From contig OZ024763.1 of the NCBI GenBank assembly GCA_964016885.1, positions 7,006,001-7,070,000 of the forward strand: a stretch of 64,000 bases of DNA. The letters run 5' to 3'. A model generated the notes under the pieces. That model saw only the letters and a list, made by a program, of their open reading frames with translations, was not told the origin of the DNA and did not search any database. Position 1 is the stretch's first letter. The number at the start of each line of letters is the position of its first letter. The DNA comes from Eledone cirrhosa (lineage: Eukaryota). The position numbers were made by a program, and so were the translations under genes. Positions 13,184-24,474 of the stretch are shown piece after piece.

Positions 13184-13344
13184 CATTGCCATAATTATAT
13201 GACTGCTTCTATTGTAAGTCTAAACAACATAACAATCGATTCATTCAGAATATAATCATGTGTAACAAGTAAAGCCACTCCTTGATTCCAGCTGACTGTG
13301 AATCACCTCCAAACAAATCCATATCTCTCTCTATATATATATGG

Positions 13345-13378
<34 letters not shown>

Positions 13379-13478
13379 GGATATATATATGTATGTATAT
13401 GTGTGTATATATATATATGTATGTATATGTGTGTATATGGATATATATCTATATATATATATATATATATGGATATAT

Positions 13479-13885
13479 CTATCTATCTATCTAAGGCGGG
13501 TAAAATTCCCGAGATCCATGGACGAGTTCTCTCCAGCGGTCTGTCTCTCATTATCGCTGCCATGTCCTGCATCTCCAACAGACCAGTGTCTGTCCTTAGG
13601 GCATCAACATACGTTAACCTTGGTCTTCCTCTTCTAGTGTGTCCATGTAGGGGCTCCCACAGGAGCACTGAGTGCAATGTCAACTCTGGATGTCGGTGAG
13701 CATGTCTAGCCAACCTCAGTCTCCTCTGTGTCACTTTTGAGCTGACTTTTGCTGTAGTGGTGTCTGTGCTGCTGTATGGGTCTGAGACTTGGACACTGAC
13801 CAAGAAACTCACTCAGATGGTGGATGGGTGCTACACGAGAATGCTGAGGATGGCTCTGAACATTAATCAGTATACACTGAGGATG
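13479..13885 (-). mobile_element. RTE-clade LINE (family 2) 3' fragment with 5' inversion
   Basis: 13493-13750 minus strand encodes [38 protein letters not shown]; 13751-13885 plus strand encodes [31 protein letters not shown]; (AGAT)n tail; flanking ATGGATATAT duplication. Confidence 0.9.
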
Positions 13886-13973
13886 GATATATATATGTAT
13901 ATATGTGTGTATATGGATATATATCTATATATATATGGATATATATATGTATATGTGTGTATATGGATATATA

Positions 13974-14008
<35 letters not shown>

Positions 14009-14384
14009 ATATATATTTGTATGTATATGTGTGTCTATATACATATATATATATATATGGATGTGTGTATGGATGTGTATATGGATATATATGTGTGTGT
14101 GTATATATATATATATATGAAGAGACCATCTGTATGGAACCATTATCACTGTCACAACCACCATCCTCATTATCTATATAATCATCAGTCATTAACAAGT
14201 GATGTGTGTGTGTATATATATATATGTGTGTGTGTATGTGTGTGTGTGTGTGTGTGTGTATGTGTGTGTGTGTGTGTGGTGATATTGGCTGTGGTGGTGT
14301 TGATACATTCAATCCTATAACACACACCCATATAATGGGCTTCCACACAGTTTGTCTGCTCAAATGGTGTTGTTGATGTTACTA

Positions 14385-14571
14385 GGGCGGTGGTATGGCA
14401 GTATCGGTAGAGGGTCGGACGCCATGCTTTGTAGCATAGAGTTACGGCCCTTTATGATCTGAGTTCAAATCCTGGCGAGGTTAACTTTGCCTTTCATCCT
14501 TACGGGGTCGATAAAATAAAGTACCAGTAATGCACTGGGTAATTGCTGGCCTTGTGCCAAAAGTAGAAACA
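14385..14571 (+). mobile_element. Full-length tRNA-derived SINE (family S1; central domain resembles Meta/MESC)
   Basis: A-box-like TGGCAGTATCGG, B box GAGTTCAAATCC, domain GCCTTTCATCCTTACGGGGTCGATAAAATAAAGTACCAG; TSD gtt(g/a)atgttacta at 14372-14384 and 14572-14584. Domain name assigned from memory. Confidence 0.88.
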
Positions 14572-14639
14572 GTTAATGTTACTATTGTATATATATCCAG
14601 TTTAGAATAGCTACAATGTCACCGTGGGTGATGCAGGAG

Positions 14640-14827
14640 AGGTTACGAAATGGGTCAGCAAGGGCTCCCACCCTCGAAAAGGACCTGCACTCATTTTCAC
14701 CTGAGAATACTGAACCAACATAAAATGAAGTGTTTTGCTCAAGAATACATCACACAACCCAGTCAAGGAATCACACAACATTATGGTTGTCAGTCCAAAC
14801 ACCCTTACCATTAGGCCATCTACCTCC
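14640..14827 (-). mobile_element. Degenerate tRNA-derived CORE-like SINE
   Basis: Similar to the head/CORE of 55979-56120 (cttgagcaaaacacttcatttt..ctcaggtgaaaatgag on minus). Confidence 0.65.
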
Positions 14828-14968
14828 ACATACAGATAACCTTAAAGCTGTTGTTGCTGTTGTTGTTGTTGTTGTAGCAGTAAAAAGAGGGATCCAGCTG
14901 CAAAAACATTTCATTTTCAATAATCCCTGCTGATATAAAGTCCATCCATGTTGACAATGATGAAAAAA

Positions 14969-14999
<31 letters not shown>

Positions 15000-15219
15000 G
15001 CTATCTACCTATATGTATGTATGCACGAAGAAACATCTATGTATATATATATATACACACACATACATATATATATATATACACACACACATATATACAA
15101 ATGTGTATATAAACACAGAATTGTCTATATATATATATATGTATGTATGGAAGAAAAAAGATTTGTGCGTATGCATATATATGACTGCGTATGTATATAT
15201 GTGTAATTATGTATAATAC

Positions 15220-15273
<54 letters not shown>

Positions 15274-15435
15274 GAAAGAAAGAAAAAAGAAATTCTTAGA
15301 TTTTCTTCGGAGTTGTTTTGAATAAAAACAACTGGAGACCCTAATATGCTGGGTAGATTTAATATATTAACAGAAAATATGGAATATTTGGAGTTATGGG
15401 TGGCTGGGAGAGATATATCAGCCCTGCTCTGTCTT

Positions 15436-16100
15436 TAACCCCTTCATTACCATATTTCTAATGAAAGATACTGTATGACTTTAACCCTTTCATTACCATA
15501 TTTCTAATGAAAGACACTGTCTGTGTCATTAACCCTTTCATTACCATATTTCTAATGAAAGATACTGTATGACTTTAACCCTTTCATTACCATATTTCTA
15601 ATGAAAGACACTGTCTATGTCTTTAACCCTTTCATTACCATATTTCTAATGAAAGACACTACCTATGTCTTTAACCCTTTCATTACCATATTTCTAATGA
15701 AAGACACTGTCTATGTCTTTAACCCTTTCATTGCCATATTTCTAATGAAAGACACTGTCTATGTCTTTAACCCTTCCATTACCATATTTCTAATAAAAGA
15801 CACTGTCTATGTTTTTAACCCTTTCATTACCATATTTCTAATAAAAGACACTATCTATGTCATTAACCCTTTCATTACCATATTTCTAATGAAAGACACT
15901 GTCTATATATTTAACCCTTTGGTTACCATATTTCTAATGAAAGACACTGTCTATGTCATTAACCCTTTCATTACCATATTTCTAATGAAAGACTTTCAGG
16001 ATTTCAGATAATTTTGGCAGGGATTTTGTAATGTAACCAACTTTCACATTAATTATGATGGAATTGTCTTTAGATAAATATAGACATTTTCAGCATAAAT
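15436..16100 (+). mobile_element. 48-bp tandem array (~12 copies) of the piggyBac-like terminus running into a truncated MITE family A body
   Basis: TTAACCCTTTCATTACC.. units to ~15992, then taaccaactttc..attaatt body as at 34260. Confidence 0.85.
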
Positions 16101-16489
16101 AGCTTTGTTAGTATTGCATGTATGTGTAAGTGGTTGGTTGTTTGTGTGTGTGTGTGTATGTAGTGGTGCATGTGTATGTCAGTGTGTACGTATGTGATAT
16201 TGTCAGATTGTAAATATGGTTGTTTGTAAGTGATGGTGTGTGTATATATGTATGTGGTGGTGTGTGTATGTATGTGATAGTGTGTATATATGCGTGTAAT
16301 AGAATTAGTTCATCTGAAATATTGAACAAACAGCTCTTTGTCTCTCTCTCGTCTACCGACAACGTCAGCTTTAATAATTAAGCGAGTTGTGTTAATTTGC
16401 TCTGCATATCATTATTATTATTGATATTATGAAGCCTACAAGAATCATTAGACCGTGAGACTAAATTCTTTGCCGTATATTTGTTTGGG

Positions 16490-17500
16490 TTCCTATGAAG
16501 GTCATCTTTTGTGTTTCATCCATCTGAAATTGCTAAAATAAAGTACCAGTAACGTACTGGGGTTGGTTTAATTAACTTTGACTTCCCCTCCTTTGAAATT
16601 AGTTGGCCTTGTGCCGAAATTGTCATCATCGTTATAGGGTGGTAGCTTGGCAGAAATCAGTAGAGCGTTGAGCGACATGCTTTGTGGCATAGAGTTGCTT
16701 CCTTTTACATTCTGAGTTCAAATCTTGAGGTTATTGGTGGTGGATTGGCAGTAATCGGTAGAGCATTGGACATGTTTTGTGGCATAGAGTTGCTTCCTTT
16801 TACATTCTGAGTTCAAATGTTGAGGTTATTGGTGGTGGATTGGCAGTAATCTGTAGAGCATTGGACGTTTTGTGGCATAGAGTTGCTTCCTTTTACATTC
16901 TGAGTTCAAATGTTGAGGTTATTGGTGGTGGATTGGCAGTAATCGGTAGAGCATTGGACATGTGTTGTGGCATAGAGTTGCTTCCTTTTACATTCTGAGT
17001 CCAAATCCTGCCTAGGTTACTTTTGACTTTCATCCTTTCAGGGTTGATAAAATAAAGTACCAGTAACTCACTGGAGTCAATTTAATCGACTTTCCCTTTC
17101 TCCCCAAATTGTTGGCTTTGTGCCTGAATCAGAAATTATTACTAGGGTGGGGGATCTGCAGAATCGGTAGAGCGTCAGACACCATGATTTGCAGCATAGA
17201 GTTATGGCCCTTCTGAGTTTAAATTCTGCCGAGGTTAGCTTTGCCTTTCATCCTTACGGGGTCAATAAAATAAAGTACCAGTAATGCACTGGGATAATTG
17301 CTGGCCTTGTGCCAAAAGTAGCAACAATTATTATTATTATTATTATTGAGGGAGTTAAAGGGTGGTGGGTTGGCAGAGTCGGTAGTGTTGAACAACATAC
17401 TTTGTGTCATATAGTTAGGTGCCTTTTTGTTCTGAGTTCAACTCTCGCCAAAGTTAACTTTACCTTTCATCCTTACGAAGGGTCGATAAAATAAAATACA
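16490..17500 (+). mobile_element. Head-to-tail cluster of S1 SINEs including a ~95-bp tandem amplification of the tRNA-like head
   Basis: Four heads (tggcag..gtagagc..ctgagttcaaat) at 16635-17010, then a body, then further copies at ~17143 and ~17360. Confidence 0.88.
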
Positions 17501-18077
17501 GTAATCTTTAATATCCGCCATTCCCTCAACTAAACTCTGAGATCTTCTGGAAATGCTCAGAAATAGTCTCTCTCTCTCCCCCCTCCTCTTCCTCCTCCTC
17601 TTCCTTCTCCTCCTCCTCTTCCTTCTCCTCCTCCTTGAAGAAGTCAAAACAAAAGACGAGAGGAGTCGAGACGAAAGAAGCCAACCCTAACCTTTCATTG
17701 TCTTGGCTCTGTTCTTTATTGGAAATTCAATTAGCAAATTATTTAAGATCATGCATGCTATATGCTTGCTGTATTGCACAGCATGCAGCTGCAAGTTGCA
17801 CATACACATGAACGCTACTAACCTACGCACGCATACATCTATATATGTGTGTATGCATACATAGTTGCATCCCCCCCTCTCTCTCTCTCTCTCTCTTCTC
17901 CCATTCTTTCTATTTCTTTGGAGACAATCTTTGACATTTTCTGGTATATATACACAGATACACACACACACACACACATACACACACACACATAGATAGA
18001 TACACACATAGATAGATACATATAGATAGATACACACATACACAGATTCACACACACATAGATACACACACATAGAT

Positions 18078-18109
<32 letters not shown>

Positions 18110-18600
18110 ACACACACACATACACCCACACACACACAGATATACACACACTATTTACCCATTTATATATATATATACCTGCATCACTTTCCTTTATTCT
18201 CACATTTAAACACCCCCTTCCACCTGTCTGTCTGTCTGTCTGTCTGTCATTCCCTGCCTCTAGTTTTCTAAATATATTTAAACTATTCTCTCTCACTCTC
18301 ACTCTCTCTCACTCTCACTCACTCTCACTCACTCTCACTCTCACTCACTCTCACTCTCTCTCTCTCTCTTTCTCTCTCTCTCGAGAGAGTGTTTACATGA
18401 TGGCTGCAACTCGATTTCGAGTAATGCCATCACTTGATATTTAAGCATGAGTATCACAGATGTGGTTCTTTAGCCCTGCTAGGGGGCTTGCCTGTGGCCA
18501 GCAATGCCATTCATCACAGAAAATGTTGCATATCAAGCGATGCCTGTGCTTGAAGCTTTTTTAAGTGAGGAAAGGCTTGTGTGTGTGAGTGTGTATATAT

Positions 18601-18922
18601 ATCATCATCATCATCATACGTCCGCTTTTCCCTGCTTGCAAGGGTGGGACGGGAACAGATTCTGGCTTGATTTCTACAGCTGGATGCCCTTCCTAACACC
18701 AACCTCATTTACAGTGAGTGCTGGGTGCTTTTTTGCAGTGGCACCTCCACGATCACCACTTTGCAGTGGAATGATAGGGACCCCAGTCCCTATCATCTCA
18801 TTTCTGGAGCAATGTGAAATAAAGTGTCTTGCTCAAGGAAACAACACATCACCCGGTCTGAGAATTGAACTCACAATTTTTCGATTACAAGGCCAATGCT
18901 CTAACCACTAAGCCATGTGCCT

Positions 18923-18924
<2 letters not shown>
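18601..18924 (-). mobile_element. Chimeric tRNA/CORE-like SINE (family S2) with RTE-derived tail
   Basis: Near-identical to 55979-56312 with a short internal deletion in the CORE-like part. Confidence 0.9.
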
Positions 18925-18968
<44 letters not shown>

Positions 18969-19023
18969 ATGGAGATGGTAAAACGGCCGGAGCTCAGCTG
19001 TTGGGGGGCATCCTGAATTTTTC

Positions 19024-19102
<79 letters not shown>

Positions 19103-19107
<5 letters not shown>

Positions 19108-19210
19108 AAATTCTGTTATTTGTAACGAAAAATTCTTTATAACGAGATCTACCTAACACATCGAGTGGCCGGGGATTGAAAAAGATTTCGTTATAATGGA
19201 ATTTTACCTG
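19103..19210. mobile_element. Tigger/pogo-like MITE fragment
   Basis: End ttcgttataatggaattttacctg; reverse-orientation relative at 58189-58332. Confidence 0.6.
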
Positions 19211-19768
19211 TGTATATATGTATATGTATATATATATATGTATATGTATATATATATATGTATGTATATATTTATATGTATATATATATATATATAACCA
19301 TCCTTAACCTTTGTTTTACCGCAGTTCTACTTTGCTGTAATATTCCACTGTAGAAGAGGAGGAGGTGGATGGCACTAGGTGAAGAGGACCACTGTATTTT
19401 CCACACCACCACACCACCACCACCACCACCATTACCACCACCACCTTTACCACCATACCACCACCACCACCCCACCTTTACCACCATATCACCACCATCA
19501 CTACCTTTACCACCATACCACCATACCACCACCACCACCACTACCAACAAAACCATCACTACCACCACTACCACCATCACACCACCACTACCACCACCAC
19601 ACCACCACACCACCACTACCACCACCACTAACACCATCACACCACCACCAGCACCCTCTCATCTCTCACTGGATCTGGTGGGGAGGTGGAGAGTGGATGG
19701 TATGGGGAAGAGAAAGGGGAGAAACAATTTTCCTATGCTAGTTAATTCCTAAAAGTCTCTCTTTCTTG

Positions 19769-19814
<46 letters not shown>

Positions 19815-20739
19815 GTCTCTGTCTCTCTCTCTCTGTCTCTATCTCTATCTCTCTATATATCTCTGTCTCTCTCTCTTCAGACTTCAAAGACAGGATTTGC
19901 TGGAATAAAAGTATTTTCTTTCTTGAAGAATTCAGATTGGAGTTGTTGTTGTTGTTGTTGTGGTAGTGGTGGGGTGGTATTGAAGATGGTGGTGGTAGTT
20001 TAGGTGGTGTTGGTGGTATTGAAGGAGCTGGTGGTGGCAGTAGTAGTGGTAAAACCACCACTACTAGCACCACCACTACCATTTCTAGCACACCTTTGAT
20101 CCTACGTCTGCTCAATAATGTCCTAACCTGGGGCTAAACACCAACAACAATACTAAACCAAATATACAACACACAAGTAGCTCTAACCCCTCCCCACCAC
20201 CACCACTACTACAACAACAACAACAATAATAGGATTAAATAAAGAATTTATTGTAGTGGGGGGGGGGATTTTTTAAAGATTGGAATTGTAAAAATTCTTT
20301 GAAAATATTTCCCCCTTTCATGACCTCCTGTACTTCCACCATCACCACTACCATCACCACCACTATAACACCATCACCACCACTATAACACCATCACCAC
20401 CACATCCATCATCATCATGACCACTGCACCACCATCATTACCCCCCCCCCCCCCCCCCTCCCATTAAACCATTAGTTTCTGTGAAGCTGGCAACTTTTCT
20501 GATTCATGTCTACATATATATTTATCAATGGACTAGCTAACACTGTTACCACCACCACCACTATCACTGCCACCACTGCCACCACCACCACTGCCACCAT
20601 CTTTACTACCACCACCGCCACCACTACCACCACCACCACCACCACCACTACCACCACTGCCACCACCACCACCACCACCACCACCACCACCACCACCACC
20701 ACCACCACCAATCCAAATATATGTATCATCATCATTTTA

Positions 20740-20821
20740 CATCTCCACTTGTCATGTCATCTCCTCCGTGAGTTTCAGCGATCTCATGTCTGCTCTCACC
20801 ACCTCCGCCCATCGTTTTCGT
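20740..20821 (-). mobile_element. Short RTE family 1 fragment
   Basis: Aligns by eye to 7678-7768 (gtcatctcctc.gtgag.ttcagcgat..gctctcaccacctccgcc). Confidence 0.75.
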
Positions 20822-21024
20822 CATCATCACCACCACCACTATCAACATCATCACCACCACCACTATCAACATCATCACCACTATCAACACCATCACTATC
20901 AACACCATCAACACCATCACTATCAACACCATCCCACCAGCACTATCAACACCATCACCACCAGCACTACCAGCACTATCACCATCACAACATCCATCAT
21001 CATCAACATAACAACTATACCACC

Positions 21025-21062
<38 letters not shown>

Positions 21063-21067
<5 letters not shown>

Positions 21068-21260
21068 AACGAGTAGGACCCCGACGGTTGAGCTCAAGCT
21101 GTTTCGACAGCTAATTCTGGACTAGTCCAGAATTAGCCGTCGAAACGGCTTGAGCTCAGCCGTCGGGGTCCTACTCGTTCCTATTACCCACTCTTCTACC
21201 CTAAGTATTGAGTACTTTGGTGCGTTATGGTCCACCTGGTTCCTTACCACATTTCCTTCG

Positions 21261-21261
<1 letters not shown>
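21063..21261 (+). mobile_element. 122-bp loopless palindrome plus 77-nt one-sided tail in (TA)n (Penelope-like fold-back insertion)
   Basis: Centre CTGGACT|AGTCCAG at 21123/21124, 3 transition mismatches; unique tail 21185-21261; (TA)n both sides. Confidence 0.7.
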
Positions 21262-21314
<53 letters not shown>

Positions 21315-21317
21315 ATA

Positions 21318-21394
21318 GGTCCTTAAGTATGAAATGTCCGAATTCCTTATGCACTTTCAATTTGAAATCGGACATTTCATACGTAATGGACTGG
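21318..21394. mobile_element. Tiny mariner-like MITE
   Basis: Imperfect TIRs gtccttaagtatgaaatgtccga / tcggacatttcatacgtaatggac in TA context. Confidence 0.6.
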
Positions 21395-21541
21395 TATATA
21401 ATATAATGTATATATAATATATGAAGTAGTAGCAGTGGCATCTATAAGACTAACAGTTAAGCTGGGGTTGGAGGGAGTACATTTCTAATGGACTGACAAA
21501 TTGAGTTAGTGTACAATAGCATTACTATTTTGATACATACA

Positions 21542-21587
<46 letters not shown>

Positions 21588-21775
21588 TATAATTAGGTTA
21601 AATCTATACATATATGTATATTGATTAAGTTACTCATCAATATAAATATGTATACATGCATATATATATATATGTGTGTGTGTATATGTATACATATATA
21701 TATACTTGTATACATCCATATATATATATACTTTGTGTATATATATATATATATATATACTTGTTTGTATATACA

Positions 21776-21776
21776 T

Positions 21777-21807
<31 letters not shown>

Positions 21808-22009
21808 GGTTTAGCGTCCGTGTTCCACGCTTGCATGGGTTTGGACGGGGGTTTTCCCACTTGAGGCAAGAGTGGTTGTCTTGCTCGCATAGGACTGTCT
21901 GGCGGGTTTTCTACAGTTGGATGCCCTTCCTAACACCAACCACATTTACAGTGTGGGGCTGGGAGGTTTTTACCGTGTTGCCTACACGGCCACATTACAG
22001 CGTGGACTG

Positions 22010-22010
<1 letters not shown>
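21776..22010 (-). mobile_element. SINE 3' module with (TGA)n tail
   Basis: Same module as 3768-3930 and 62033-62235. Confidence 0.8.
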
Positions 22011-22046
<36 letters not shown>

Positions 22047-22107
22047 GTATATACATATATATATATATATATATACATATATATACATATATATATACAT
22101 ATTATAC

Positions 22108-22187
<80 letters not shown>

Positions 22188-22214
22188 AATAAATAACAAA
22201 GAACGCTTTACTAT

Positions 22215-22560
22215 CATCATTTCATCATCATTTCATTTTACGTCCACTTTTCCCTGCTTGCAAGGGTGGGGACGGGAACTGATTCTGGCTTGATTTCTAC
22301 AGCTGGATGCCCTTCCTAACACCAACCTCATTTACAGTGAGTGCTGGGTGCTTTTTTGCCGTGACACCTCCACAACCACTTTGCAGTGGAATGATAGGGA
22401 ACCCAGTCCCTATCATCTCATTTCTACAGCTGAGTAAACTGGAGCAATGTGAAATAAAGTGTCTTGCTCAAGGAACACAACACATCACCCGGTCTGAGAA
22501 TTGAACTCACAACCTTTCGATTGCAAGGCCAATGCTCTAACCACTAAGCCATGTGCCTCC
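22215..22560 (-). mobile_element. Chimeric SINE family S2
   Basis: Near-identical reverse complement of 55979-56312. Confidence 0.9.
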
Positions 22561-22604
22561 ATTACTATATATTACTATATATATATATATACATATATAT
22601 ATAC

Positions 22605-22643
<39 letters not shown>

Positions 22644-23013
22644 CATACATTAATATATATATATATACACTACACTAGATGTATATACCCCCCCCCCTCT
22701 TTACACATAAAACAGTAAAGTTCAGAAGTCTATATTAGTCAGGCCCCAGAGCAATACAAACGGCAGTCATCGGGGCGTAAAATACGTATTTGTTTTTTCC
22801 AGCTCTTTACTCCCCGAGTTCAAATCCCACTGAGGTCAACTTTGCCTTTCATCCTTTCAGGGGTCAATTAAATAAAGTACTGGTGGTGGTGGTGGTGGTG
22901 GTGGTGGTGGGGAGGGGCAATATCATTGATTGATCTTTTTCTTCTCTCTCTCTCTCTCTCTCTCCTCAAATTGTTGGTCTTGTGACTGAAATTTAAACTT
23001 GTTGCTTTTCTAG

Positions 23014-23096
<83 letters not shown>

Positions 23097-23694
23097 ATTG
23101 TTGTGGTTGTTGTTGTTGTTGTTGAGCCCAGAGCAGCATTGATCAATCACCCCCCCCCCTCTTTCCTGTGACCCCCCCCCCCCCCCCCTCTCCTTTAAGG
23201 TTTTTTTATATCGTGGACTTTATATTATCTCTCTCTTTTTCTCTTTCCCACTCTTTTCTCATACACTTTCTCCCACACTTTCTCACTCTCCCACACTCTC
23301 TCTCTTTCTCCCACACTCTCTCTTTCTCCCACACTCTCTCTCTTTCTCCCACACTCTCTCGCTTTCTCCCACACTCTCTCTCTTTTTCCCTCTCTCTTTC
23401 TCACTCTCCACACACTCTCTCTTCCTCCCAATTTTGAACCCCCCCCCACACCTCTTCTCTCCCACCCCTTTTTCTCTTCTCCCTAGTTAATCTAATCTAT
23501 AATCCAATCTATATGTTCCAATATAATTAGATGTCGTTTACTCTGAGTTCCTCCTCTTTATTCTGACAAAGTAACCAACTTAATTGGAGCTCTGCTTTCT
23601 TATTTGTAAAAATAACAAAATTAAAATTGATGATGATGATAATTGGATGTTGTTCAATAAAAATTTATTTAATTAGGTTGGCAAGAAATATCCA

Positions 23695-24474
23695 ACTGTC
23701 TGCTTTCTTGCTACTTCTCCGAATTGAGAGACTACAGCTCCGATAATTTGGGCATGTGGTTAGAATGTCTCGGGGAAAGAATCACTGCACAGATTTGAGA
23801 GATCACAGCTCTGATATACAGACATGTGGTTAGGATGTCTTAGGAAAGAATCACTGGACAGATTTGAGAGATCACAGCTCTGATATTATGGACATGTGGT
23901 TGAAATATCTCTGGAAAGAATCCCTGGATAGATTTGTTGTTTGGAGATCAGAGAGTCACTCCAGGTAGAGCTGCTACTTTTCCGGATTGAGACCACAACT
24001 CTGCTACTACAGACATGTGGTTAGAATGTCTCAGGAAAGAATCACTAGACAGATTTGTAGCCTGGAGTTCAGTCACTCCAGGTAGAGCTGCTATTTCTCT
24101 GAATTGAGAGATCACAGCTCTGATACTACAGACATGTGGTTAGAATGTCTCAGGAAAGAATCACTAGACAGATTTGTAGCCTGGAGTTCAGTCACTCCAG
24201 GTAGAGCTGCTATTTCTCTGAATTGAGAGATCATAGCTCTGATACTATGGACATGTGGTTAGAATGTCTCAGGAAAGATTTTATGGGCAAAACCAACCGG
24301 CAAGAAACCCAGGGGTAGACCTCAATCAAAATGGTTGGATAACATCTGAGCTTGGCTGGAGACACTTGGAAATCCAGCCAGATGAGTTAGAGACAGTTGC
24401 TTCTGACAGGACCCGCTGTAAGGAGTGTTTGAAGACTCTACCCCCACAACCCTCTCAGGAATAAGTGGGCGAAG
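23695..24474 (+). mobile_element. 5'-truncated RTE-clade LINE (family 3) with internal tandem duplications
   Basis: Repeated IERSQL.YYGHVVRMSQER blocks, then frameshifted KPTGKKPRGRP..VASDR..LPPQP*, short (GAA)n tail; 12-bp TSD AAGAAATATCCA at 23683-23694 and 24475-24486. Confidence 0.85.
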
